DNA of 18,572 nt. Origin: Candidatus Eiseniibacteriota bacterium. Its GTDB lineage: Bacteria; Eisenbacteria; RBG-16-71-46; CAZAMP01. The stretch lies in assembly GCA_965224245.1 (NCBI GenBank), contig CBDCYW010000020.1, positions 1 to 18,572 on the forward strand, read 5' to 3'. Within the stretch, counting starts at the first letter, position 1. Every line of letters begins with the position of its first letter. The notes beneath the pieces were generated by a model that searched no databases, was not told the origin of the DNA, and saw only the letters and a list, made by a program, of their open reading frames with translations. The position numbers and the translations under genes were made by a program. Below are positions 7,984 through 16,132 of the stretch, piece after piece.

Positions 7984-9504
7984 ATGCCCCAGCAGGAGAT
8001 AGCCGGCGACAACAACCAGGACTCCACCCTCCTGGCTGCAATCGACCTTGGCTCCAATAGTTTCCATATGATGGTCGCCCGCCTGGCTCACGGCGAATTG
8101 AAACCGATTGATGTCTTGTCCGAAAAAGTGCAGCTGGCAGCAGGCTTGGACAAGAACAAGAAGCTGACCGAAGCCGCGCAGGAGCGCGGCCTGGAATGCC
8201 TGAGCCGATTTGCGCAACGTATTGTCTCCCTGCCACGCAGTGCGGTGCGCATTGTGGGGACCAATGCCCTACGCGAAGCCAAGAACTCTGCGGAGTTTAT
8301 GGAACAGGCCGAAAAAATCCTGGGGACCGATCTGGAAGTGATCGCCGGGCGCGAAGAAGCCCGCCTGATCTACCTGGGTGTATCCCACACACTGGCAGAT
8401 GATCTGGGTAAACGCCTGGTGATCGACATCGGTGGCGGCAGTACCGAATTTGTCATCGGCGAGCGCTTCGAACCACAGGAACTGGAAAGCCTGCACATGG
8501 GTTGTGTCAGCTACACCAAACGTTTCTTCCCGGATGGTGTAATAACCGCCCAACGTTTCCAGCAGGCGAAAACTGCAGCCATGCAGGAACTGCTGTCAAT
8601 CCGGGCACGCTATCGCGAACTGGGCTGGAGCAGTTGTGTGGGCTCCTCCGGCACCATTAAGGCGATCCGTAACGCGCTGGTCAGCAGTGGCCTGAGTGAC
8701 GATGCGATTACCGCCCAGGGGCTGTATCACCTGCAGCAGAAGCTGCTGACATTTGAGACCGTGGACGATATCGATCTGGAAAGCATCAAACCGGAGCGCC
8801 GCATGGTGCTGCCTGCAGGTATCGCGATCCTGTCCGGTATCTTCGAGTCGCTGAATATCGACAAGCTGCACTACTCCACCGGCGCCCTGCGTGAAGGTCT
8901 GCTGTACGACACTATAGGCCGCTTAGCTCACGAAGATGTGCGAGAACGCACTATCAACGCATTGGCTGAGCGTTACCACGTGGATACCGAACTGACCCAA
9001 CGGATCGAAAATACGGCATTACTGGGCTGGGCGCAGGTCAAGGATGACTGGGGCCTGGAGCGCCCGGTCTTCCACGATATGCTGAGCTGGGCGTCACGCA
9101 CCCACACCATCGGGTTGACGATTTCCCACAGCCAGTTCCACAAGCACAGCGCTTATCTATTGCACAACTCCGACCTGCCGGGCTTTACCAACCGCGATCA
9201 GCAGCTGGTTGCGACCCTGGCGCGCGGCCACCGCCGCAAGTTCCCGAAAGATGAGTTCAAGAAGCTGCAGAAGCACCTGCAGGAACCATATAAGCGTTTG
9301 TGTATTCTGCTGCGAATCGCCGTACTGCTGAACCGCAGTGAGAGCAACCTGCGTCTGCCGGCGATTATCTTCCGCGCCGACGGAAAGCAGCTGCACCTGC
9401 GCTTCCCGGAGGGTTGGCTGCAGCATAACCCACTAACCGCAGCCGACCTGCAGCAGGAAGCCGACTACCTGAAGGTGATCGACTACAGCCTTGAGGTCGA
9501 ATAG
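7984..9504 (+). CDS. ppx: Ppx/GppA family exopolyphosphatase / pppGpp phosphohydrolase
   Basis: AAIDLGSNSFHM, VGTNALREA, GREEARLIYLG, DIGGGSTE, GSSGT, GALREG and a C-terminal HD-like domain. Start taken at ATG 7984 after GAGG. Confidence 0.93.
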   Translation: MPQQEIAGDNNQDSTLLAAIDLGSNSFHMMVARLAHGELKPIDVLSEKVQLAAGLDKNKKLTEAAQERGLECLSRFAQRIVSLPRSAVRIVGTNALREAKNSAEFMEQAEKILGTDLEVIAGREEARLIYLGVSHTLADDLGKRLVIDIGGGSTEFVIGERFEPQELESLHMGCVSYTKRFFPDGVITAQRFQQAKTAAMQELLSIRARYRELGWSSCVGSSGTIKAIRNALVSSGLSDDAITAQGLYHLQQKLLTFETVDDIDLESIKPERRMVLPAGIAILSGIFESLNIDKLHYSTGALREGLLYDTIGRLAHEDVRERTINALAERYHVDTELTQRIENTALLGWAQVKDDWGLERPVFHDMLSWASRTHTIGLTISHSQFHKHSAYLLHNSDLPGFTNRDQQLVATLARGHRRKFPKDEFKKLQKHLQEPYKRLCILLRIAVLLNRSESNLRLPAIIFRADGKQLHLRFPEGWLQHNPLTAADLQQEADYLKVIDYSLEVE

Positions 9505-9519
9505 TCTCAATAACCTTCC

Positions 9520-9565
9520 TGTAGGGCAGCCTTCAGGCTGCCGGTAGCCTGAAGGCTACCCTACA
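9520..9565. repeat. REP doublet (REPIN-like) of the GTAG family
   Basis: TGTAGGGCAGCCTTCAGGCTGC-CG-GTAGCCTGAAGGCTACCCTACA: two inverted 22-bp units, each with GTAG near its 5' end and each forming its own hairpin. It is intergenic, just after the ppx stop. Confidence 0.75.
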
Positions 9566-9602
9566 AATCAAACACTCATCATGCAATCTATACGCGATGA
9601 AC

Positions 9603-9634
9603 AAAAAAAACGCCCTCAAATGAGGGCGTTTTTT
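9603..9634. terminator. Bidirectional intrinsic terminator between convergent ppx and pckA
   Basis: AAAAAAAACGCCCTCA-AA-TGAGGGCGTTTTTT, with A/T tracts on both sides. Confidence 0.9.
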
Positions 9635-9655
9635 ATTGCGGGTCTAAAACTGTGT

Positions 9656-11203
9656 TTACAGCTGAGGACCTGCACTGATGATCTCTTCAGATACACCGGA
9701 GAACTTCTCAAAGTTGCTGGTGAACTGACCGATCAGGTCTTTAGCAGTTGCGTCGTACGCACCTTTGTCAGCCCAAGTCTCACGTGGGTTCAGCAGTGCT
9801 GCTTCAACACCCGGTACGGACGTTGGTACAGTCAGGTTGATACCTTCCAGGTGCTGGGTTTCAACATCTTTCAGCGCACCGCTCTGGATTGCTGCGATGA
9901 TGCCACGGGTAGTTGGGATGCTGAAGCGTTCGCCAGTACCGAAAGAACCACCGGTCCAGCCAGTGTTTACCAGGTAAACCTGAGAACCGAACTCTTCGAT
10001 ACGCTTCATCAGCAGCTCAGCGTATACCGCCGCTGGGCGTGGGAAGAATGGCGCACCGAAGCAGGTGGAGAAGGTAGACTTGATACCACCACCGGAACCC
10101 ATTTCGGTAGAACCTACCAGCGCGGTGTAACCGGACAGGAAGTGGTAAGCCGCAGCTTCTTTGGACAGGATGGATACTGGCGGCAGTACGCCGGTCAGGT
10201 CACAGGTCAGGAATACGATCGCCTGTGGCTCGCCACCCATGTTGGTTTCAGTACGCTTTTCAACGTGCTGCAGCGGGTATGCGCAACGGCCGTTCTCAGT
10301 CAGGGAAGTGTCGTTGTAGTCTGCAGTGCGTGCATCGTCCAGCTTAACGTTCTCAACGATTGCACCGAAACGGATCGCGTCCCAGATGATTGGCTCGTTT
10401 TTCTTCGACAGGTTGATGGTCTTCGCGTAGCAACCACCTTCCAGGTTGAAGACAACACCTTTGCCCCAACCGTGCTCGTCGTCACCGACCAGGTAACGCT
10501 CTGGATCTGCGGACAGAGTCGTTTTACCGGTACCGGACAGACCGAAGAACAGGGTAGTGCTCTCGTCTTCGCCCACGTTTGCGGAGCAGTGCATTGGCAG
10601 CACGTCTTTCTCTGGCAGCAGGAAGTTCTGCACAGAGAACATAGCTTTCTTCATCTCACCCGCATAACGCATACCTGCCAGCAGGACTTTGCGCTTAGCG
10701 AAGTTGATGATCACACAGCCATCGCTGTTGGTGCCGTCACGCTCAGGTACACATTCGAAACCTGCAACGTTCAGGATCTGCCATTCTTCCTTGCTCTTCG
10801 GGTTGAATTCCTCAGGGCGGATGAACAGGTTCTGACCAAACAGGTTCTGCCATGCAGTCTGTGTAGTCATCTTAACCGGCAGATAGTGGTTAGGATCGGA
10901 GCCTACGTGAACATTGGCGACATAAGATTCCTTGTCTGCCAGGTATTCCTCAACACGCACCCACAGCGCGTCAAATTTGTCGGAATCGAATGGGCGGTTT
11001 ACGTTGCCCCAATCGATTGCGTCAGCGGTGCTTGGCTCTTCTACGATGAAACGGTCCATCGGAGAACGGCCGGTGCGTTTACCGGTTTCCACAACAAGGG
11101 CACCGGTATCAGCCAGGCGGCCTTCGCCAGCCTGAATAGCTTTTTCTACGAGCTGAGCCGGGCTCAGGTTAATGTTTACGGTATTCACAGATTCTTTGGT
11201 CAT
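9656..11203 (-). CDS. pckA: Phosphoenolpyruvate carboxykinase (ATP)
   Basis: [68 protein letters not shown] and [10 protein letters not shown]; 515 aa. Confidence 0.98.
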   Translation of the reverse strand: MTKESVNTVNINLSPAQLVEKAIQAGEGRLADTGALVVETGKRTGRSPMDRFIVEEPSTADAIDWGNVNRPFDSDKFDALWVRVEEYLADKESYVANVHVGSDPNHYLPVKMTTQTAWQNLFGQNLFIRPEEFNPKSKEEWQILNVAGFECVPERDGTNSDGCVIINFAKRKVLLAGMRYAGEMKKAMFSVQNFLLPEKDVLPMHCSANVGEDESTTLFFGLSGTGKTTLSADPERYLVGDDEHGWGKGVVFNLEGGCYAKTINLSKKNEPIIWDAIRFGAIVENVKLDDARTADYNDTSLTENGRCAYPLQHVEKRTETNMGGEPQAIVFLTCDLTGVLPPVSILSKEAAAYHFLSGYTALVGSTEMGSGGGIKSTFSTCFGAPFFPRPAAVYAELLMKRIEEFGSQVYLVNTGWTGGSFGTGERFSIPTTRGIIAAIQSGALKDVETQHLEGINLTVPTSVPGVEAALLNPRETWADKGAYDATAKDLIGQFTSNFEKFSGVSEEIISAGPQL

Positions 11204-11407
11204 TACTGGGTTCCCTTGGCGTAGGCGCCAATAACGTTACCTGATAAGCAATTAGACGTTCTGCACCTAGGTATTAGGGGCAGTTTATTGTCATAGTTAT
11301 ATAAAAAGGAGGCGTATTATTGCACAAAAAGTGGCATCAACGCCATTTCAAAAACGGTTCTCATTCAGGGATCAGCTAATTGTTTGACCCCTGAAGATTT
11401 TTTCCAT

Positions 11408-12280
11408 TCAGTGCACGGAATCAGAGCCCGGAGCACCGGATGAATCGGAGAACAGATAGTCCAGATCGGCCTGGTCGAAGTGGTACTGCTCGCTGCAGAA
11501 CTGACAGGCGACATCGATGTTACCCTGCTCATCCAGAATGCCCTGCAACTCTTCCTTGGTCATAAATTTCAGGGTGTTCAGGCTGCGCTCGCGAGAGCAG
11601 TCGCAACGGAACTGAATTGTGTCCGCTTCGAACAGGCGGCAGTTCTCTTCGTGGAACAGACGGTAGAGCAGGGTTTGGTTATCCAGCTCCAGCAGTTCCT
11701 CATCCTTCAGGGTGGACGCCAGGTGGCTGATACGGCCCCAGTCTTCCTCGGCAGTGCCTTCTGCCGGCAGCACCTGCAGCAGGAACCCGGCTGCACGTTC
11801 ATCATCGGCGCAGAAGTGCATCTGGGTTGGCAGCTGTTCGGACTGGCCAAAGTAGGCTTCCAGACACTGGCCCAGGGTATCGCCTTCCAGTGGCACAACG
11901 CCCTGGTAGCGCTGGCCCTTCAATGGATCGATGGTGATCGCCATGCGGCCTTTTTCCAGCAGATCGATGAAACGTGCTTCTTCCGGCAGTTCACCTTCAA
12001 AGCGGGCGATCGCACGCAGCTCCTGATTGTGGTTACACTCCGCCATCAGCAGGGTCACGTCACCTTCACCCTGCGCCTGCAGGATCAGACGTCCCTCAAA
12101 CTTCAGGTTGGCCGCCAGTACACTGGCTGCCGCCATCATCTCGCCCAGTACGCGGCGGATCACTTTGGGATAGTTGTGCTTTTCGAGGGCTTGCTGGTAG
12201 CTCGTTTCGAGGCCCACCAAGACACCACGGATATCCAGTTCATCGAACAGGACACGTTGAATCTGATCGGAATTGCTCAT
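11408..12280 (-). CDS. hslO: Hsp33 redox-regulated chaperone
   Basis: MSNSDQIQRVLF..., RYQGVVPL, YFGQSEQLPT and the Zn motif CDC...CQFC. Start taken at ATG 12280. Confidence 0.97.
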   Translation of the reverse strand: MSNSDQIQRVLFDELDIRGVLVGLETSYQQALEKHNYPKVIRRVLGEMMAAASVLAANLKFEGRLILQAQGEGDVTLLMAECNHNQELRAIARFEGELPEEARFIDLLEKGRMAITIDPLKGQRYQGVVPLEGDTLGQCLEAYFGQSEQLPTQMHFCADDERAAGFLLQVLPAEGTAEEDWGRISHLASTLKDEELLELDNQTLLYRLFHEENCRLFEADTIQFRCDCSRERSLNTLKFMTKEELQGILDEQGNIDVACQFCSEQYHFDQADLDYLFSDSSGAPGSDSVH

Positions 12281-12368
12281 GTGAGGGTAGTAATTAGACG
12301 AGGTTGTTAATCTGCCCGCCATCTTACCATAAACGGTTGTGAACGGGCGCTATCTTCTGCGGGGTTGT

Positions 12369-12767
12369 CTAGTCGACCACCTGATCTTTAAATCCACGGA
12401 TCAGACGGCGGTCTTTCTTGTTTGGACGGTTACGCGGGTTGAGGCTGGAGCCCATCGCCTTACGCTGCGCGGCATGTTCCTCACGCTTAGCGATACTCTC
12501 CTCGGTTTCGCGGTACAGCTTTTGCGCTTCCGGCGCACCTCGGCGGGTATCGGACAGCGCCATTACAATGACCACCTTCTCATCAAACCCCTGGCGGATC
12601 TGAATGGTGGCCCCTATCTCAACATGTCGGCTGCACTTGGTGCGTTGACCGTTGTAGTGCACCTTACCCCCGTCGATCATCTGCTTGGCGATGGCACGGG
12701 TCTTATAAAAGCGGGCGGCCCACAACCATTTGTCGAGGCGGACCTTGTCACCCTGTTGTTCACTCAT
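12369..12767 (-). CDS. hslR: Ribosome-associated heat shock protein Hsp15
   Basis: S4-like VRLDKWLWAARFYKTR and RPNKKDRR; upstream of hslO. Confidence 0.97.
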   Translation of the reverse strand: MSEQQGDKVRLDKWLWAARFYKTRAIAKQMIDGGKVHYNGQRTKCSRHVEIGATIQIRQGFDEKVVIVMALSDTRRGAPEAQKLYRETEESIAKREEHAAQRKAMGSSLNPRNRPNKKDRRLIRGFKDQVVD

Positions 12768-13429
12768 GAATCGGACTTCTTCGGCATAATTTCATCAAAA
12801 TGGTCGATGGCATTGAACTCATCGATCTCGCGGCGCGGCGCCTGGCTGTCGGGCTGGTAGATCGACAGCAGGTAACGGATACCGTACTGCTGCGCCGAAC
12901 GCAGCACCGGCAGGCTGTCATCCACCAGCAGGGTGCGCTGCGGATTAAACGGCTCCACCTCGTGCAGCTTATCCCAGAAACGCACATCCTCTTTCGGCAA
13001 CTGGAAATCGTGGGAACAGATCACCTCATCCACCAGCGTGTGGATCTCGGTGCGTTCCTTCTTAAGGTTAAGACTGCCGTAGTGGGCATTGGTTACAATC
13101 ACGGTGCGGATATTTTCCTGGCGCAGACGTGCAAGGAAGTCCTGCACATGCGGCCGGAAGGCAATTCTGTCGGCCACTTCCTTCTTCAGCTCAGGTACGT
13201 CCATACCCAGCTCGCGGCTCCAGAAATCCAGGCAGTACCAATTTAGTGTGCCCTGCTCCTGTATGATACGCTGATGCAACCACGCCCGCGCCGCGCCGGG
13301 TTCCATCGCATGCACCTGCGCATAGTGCTGGGGCAGAAACTCCAGCCAGAAGTGTGAGTCAAAGTGCAGATCGAGCAACGTGCCGTCCATATCCAACAGG
13401 ACAGTATCGATTTGGGACCAGTCAATCAT
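12764..13429 (-). CDS. yrfG: GMP/IMP nucleotidase (HAD family)
   Basis: MIDWSQIDTVLLDMDGTLLDLHFD, VTNAH, PKED and LLVDDS. Its stop overlaps the hslR start (ATGA). The ORF extension to 13735 is antisense to nudE. Confidence 0.95.
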   Translation of the reverse strand: MIDWSQIDTVLLDMDGTLLDLHFDSHFWLEFLPQHYAQVHAMEPGAARAWLHQRIIQEQGTLNWYCLDFWSRELGMDVPELKKEVADRIAFRPHVQDFLARLRQENIRTVIVTNAHYGSLNLKKERTEIHTLVDEVICSHDFQLPKEDVRFWDKLHEVEPFNPQRTLLVDDSLPVLRSAQQYGIRYLLSIYQPDSQAPRREIDEFNAIDHFDEIMPKKSDS

Positions 13430-13474
13430 GGAAGTTATGCGCCGGGAGATAAGCCAAATGAGAGTGATTACAGT

Positions 13475-14029
13475 ATGCCCGCTAAACCGGAAATTTTGAA
13501 GGTCACCCAAACCGCCAGCAGCCGCCTGTTTCAGGTCGAGGAGCTGAGCCTGCGCTTTTCCAATGGCGCCGAACGGATCTATGAACGCCTGGCCACCCGC
13601 GGCCACGGTGCGGTGATGATCGTGCCGATTACCGCCGACGGCAACGTGTTGCTGATCCGCGAATACGCCGCCGGTCTGGAAGACTACACCCTCACCCTGC
13701 CCAAGGGCCTGATCGACCCGGGTGAGACCGCCCACCAGGCCGCCGACCGTGAGCTGAAAGAGGAAGCGGGTTTCGGTGCCGAGCGCCTGAACAGCCTCAA
13801 AGTGATGTCATCCGCCCCCAACTATATGGGACACACCATCAACGTGATCATCGCCCGTGACCTCTATCCATGCCGCCTGGAAGGTGACGAACCGGAAGAG
13901 CTGGAAGTGGTGAGCTGGCCGCTGGACGATCTGGAGAACCTGGTGCTGCAGGAGGAGTTCAGTGAAGGCCGTGCCATCGCCGCCCTTTATATGACCCGCA
14001 CCTTCCTGGCCAACGAGAGTAACCGCTGA
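13475..14029 (+). CDS. nudE: ADP-compounds hydrolase (Nudix)
   Basis: MPAKPEIL...SRLFQVEELSLRFSNGAERIYERL, LIREYAAG and the Nudix box GLIDPGETAHQAADRELKEEAG. Confidence 0.95.
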   Translation: MPAKPEILKVTQTASSRLFQVEELSLRFSNGAERIYERLATRGHGAVMIVPITADGNVLLIREYAAGLEDYTLTLPKGLIDPGETAHQAADRELKEEAGFGAERLNSLKVMSSAPNYMGHTINVIIARDLYPCRLEGDEPEELEVVSWPLDDLENLVLQEEFSEGRAIAALYMTRTFLANESNR

Positions 14030-14844
14030 TGGATATAGATCTGTTTATCCCCGACCTACGCCGCATCTGCCAAGAGGCGGGCGAAGCGATCATGGAGGTC
14101 TACCAGCGCGACGACTTTGATGTACAGGCCAAAGGCGACGACTCGCCGGTCACCGCCGCCGACCTGGCGGCCCACCGGGTGATTGAGAAGGGCCTGAACC
14201 AGCTCAACCCCACCATCCCACAGCTGAGCGAGGAAGCCGACGATATCAGCTTTGCCACCCGCAGCCACTGGGAGCTGTTCTGGTGTATCGATCCACTCGA
14301 CGGCACCAAGGAGTTCATCCGCCGTAACGACGAGTTCACCGTCAACATCGCCCTGATTCAGGACGGCACGCCGATTCTCGGCATTATCCATCTGCCACCA
14401 ACCCGCGAAACTTACTGGGGCGGTTCCCGCATCGGTGCCTGGAAACAGGAAGCGGACGGCAGCGTACACTCGATTCAGAGTCGCCCTTTGGGCAATACCC
14501 TGGTGGTCACCGCCAGCCGACGCCACGGTCAGGAGCAGAACGACAAGCTGCTGGACAAGCTGGCCGGGGATTTTGATCAGGTCGAGAACCTTGCCAGTGG
14601 CAGCTCACTGAAGATGTGTCTGATCGCTGAAGGCAAGGCCGACCTATACCCGCGTCTGTTCCCGACTTCGGAGTGGGATACGGCAGCGGCTCAGGCCATT
14701 GTGGAAGCAGCAGGCGGGAAACTGGTGAATGCGGACACATTGGAACCGCTGAGATATAACCAGCGGGAAGACCTGACCAACCCGTTCTTTTACGTGGTGG
14801 GTGACCCGAACTTCCCGCTGCACGCGCTGAACAGCGCAATCTGA
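14029..14844 (+). CDS. cysQ: 3'(2'),5'-bisphosphate nucleotidase
   Basis: KGDDSPVTAAD, LSEE, WCIDPLDGTKEF, EFTVNIALI, GSSLK and EWDTAAAQA; translationally coupled to nudE (TGATG). Confidence 0.96.
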   Translation: MDIDLFIPDLRRICQEAGEAIMEVYQRDDFDVQAKGDDSPVTAADLAAHRVIEKGLNQLNPTIPQLSEEADDISFATRSHWELFWCIDPLDGTKEFIRRNDEFTVNIALIQDGTPILGIIHLPPTRETYWGGSRIGAWKQEADGSVHSIQSRPLGNTLVVTASRRHGQEQNDKLLDKLAGDFDQVENLASGSSLKMCLIAEGKADLYPRLFPTSEWDTAAAQAIVEAAGGKLVNADTLEPLRYNQREDLTNPFFYVVGDPNFPLHALNSAI

Positions 14845-14860
14845 AGGCTAAAGGAAAAGG

Positions 14861-15139
14861 TTAAGGATTCAAACAGGCCTGTGAACCTGCTGCCACCACC
14901 TCTTTTACTTTCTCACCAAACGCACCATCCAAACGCTGCGCCATAATGGCGCGGACTTCATTATCGCTGAAGTGCTTGTGTACATATTTACCCAGGCACT
15001 CACAACGCTCCTGTGTCACATTTTCACCGGTCATACACGCCTCAACAAAAGGTCCGTACGTCTTGGACGACCACAGCTGAGTTTTGACCAGGTAGATTGC
15101 CAGTGATACCGCTCCGATCCAGAGAAAAATCTTACCCAT
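14861..15139 (-). CDS. Small membrane-anchored hypothetical protein with four Cys
   Basis: 92-aa ORF filling the cysQ-sodB gap, with a hydrophobic N-terminus (KIFLWIGAVSLAIYLV) and a C-x10-CxC...C pattern. Confidence 0.7.
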   Translation of the reverse strand: MGKIFLWIGAVSLAIYLVKTQLWSSKTYGPFVEACMTGENVTQERCECLGKYVHKHFSDNEVRAIMAQRLDGAFGEKVKEVVAAGSQACLNP

Positions 15140-15266
15140 TTTTTTGTAAACACTTTGTTCTGATTATTGTTATGAAGCCCCATTCTAGGCCTTCACCACA
15201 GGTCTTACAGCTGACTTTAGTCGCAACCAGCGTATTTCCATTCAAAAAAACCTTACGTTTTGTCCC

Positions 15267-15295
15267 ATGAAAACCCCGAAAGGCGGTGCTATTCT
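15267..15295 (+). promoter_or_regulatory. Probable sigma70 promoter for sodB
   Basis: ATGAAA-17 bp-TATTCT with an extended -10 TG at 15287-15288 and an A-rich upstream tract. Confidence 0.45.
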
Positions 15296-15377
15296 CAAAG
15301 CACTTACGCAGCTCTACTGCGCTGAGGTCACAGGAAAGATCGCAGTATGGTTGTAACTACTATGGAGGTAAATACTC

Positions 15378-15962
15378 ATGAGCTTTGAATTGCCAGCACT
15401 GCCTTACGCGCGTGATGCGCTGGAACCGCACATCTCTGCTGAAACCCTGGATTACCACCACGGTAAACACCACAACACTTATGTGGTGAAACTGAACGGT
15501 CTGGTCCCAGGCTCCGAATTTGAAGGTAAAACGCTGGAAGAGATCATCATGTCTGCCCCTGCAGGCGGCGTGTTCAACAACGCAGCTCAGATCTGGAACC
15601 ACACTTTCTACTGGCACTCCCTGTCACCGAACGGTGGCGGTGCACCAAGCGGCGCAATTGCGGATGCGATCAACGCGAAATGGGGATCATTCGAAGCGTT
15701 CAAGGAAGAGTGGAACGATAAAGCGGTTAACAACTTCGGCTCCAGCTGGACCTGGTTGGTGAAAAACCCTGACGGCTCCCTGGAGATCGTAAACACCAGC
15801 AACGCCGGTACTCCAATGACCGCGGGCCAGACCGCACTGCTGACCGTCGATCTGTGGGAACACGCCTATTACATCGACTACCGCAACGTACGCCCGGACT
15901 ACCTGGCAGCGTTCTGGAACCTGGTAAACTGGGACTTCGTTAACGAAAACCTGGCAGGCTGA
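15378..15962 (+). CDS. sodB: Superoxide dismutase [Fe]
   Basis: HHGKHH, FNNAAQIWNHTFYW (Fe-type AAQ signature) and DLWEHAYYIDYRN; strong GGAGGT RBS. Confidence 0.97.
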   Translation: MSFELPALPYARDALEPHISAETLDYHHGKHHNTYVVKLNGLVPGSEFEGKTLEEIIMSAPAGGVFNNAAQIWNHTFYWHSLSPNGGGAPSGAIADAINAKWGSFEAFKEEWNDKAVNNFGSSWTWLVKNPDGSLEIVNTSNAGTPMTAGQTALLTVDLWEHAYYIDYRNVRPDYLAAFWNLVNWDFVNENLAG

Positions 15963-15991
15963 TTCACACGGAATCAACCGACATCTTGATC

Positions 15992-16020
15992 AGGGCACCC
16001 CACGGGGTGCCTTGTGCTTT
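15992..16020 (+). terminator. Intrinsic terminator after sodB
   Basis: AGGGCACCCC-AC-GGGGTGCCTT followed by GTGCTTT. Confidence 0.75.
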
Positions 16021-16132
16021 CCCCGGATGGAACCGGCGGAGGGCGGGCTCGTCAAATTCCAGCGAATAGAGTAATATTTGACCAACTCATCAAGATCGAT
16101 CGCCCACTAACCCAAAGACAGGATGTCTGACA

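Noticed and set aside
9581..11224. 547-aa ORF antisense to pckA
   Set aside because: Same shadow effect; it runs through the terminator and has no protein-like motifs.
11364..11395. Imperfect hairpin after hslO
   Set aside because: Mismatched stem and no U tract on the hslO strand; too weak to call a terminator.
16051..16093. FNR-like TTGAC-N6-ATCAA and a 7-bp inverted repeat GTCAAAT/ATTTGAC upstream of the kinase
   Set aside because: The FNR spacer should be 4 bp, and the inverted repeat is short enough to arise by chance.
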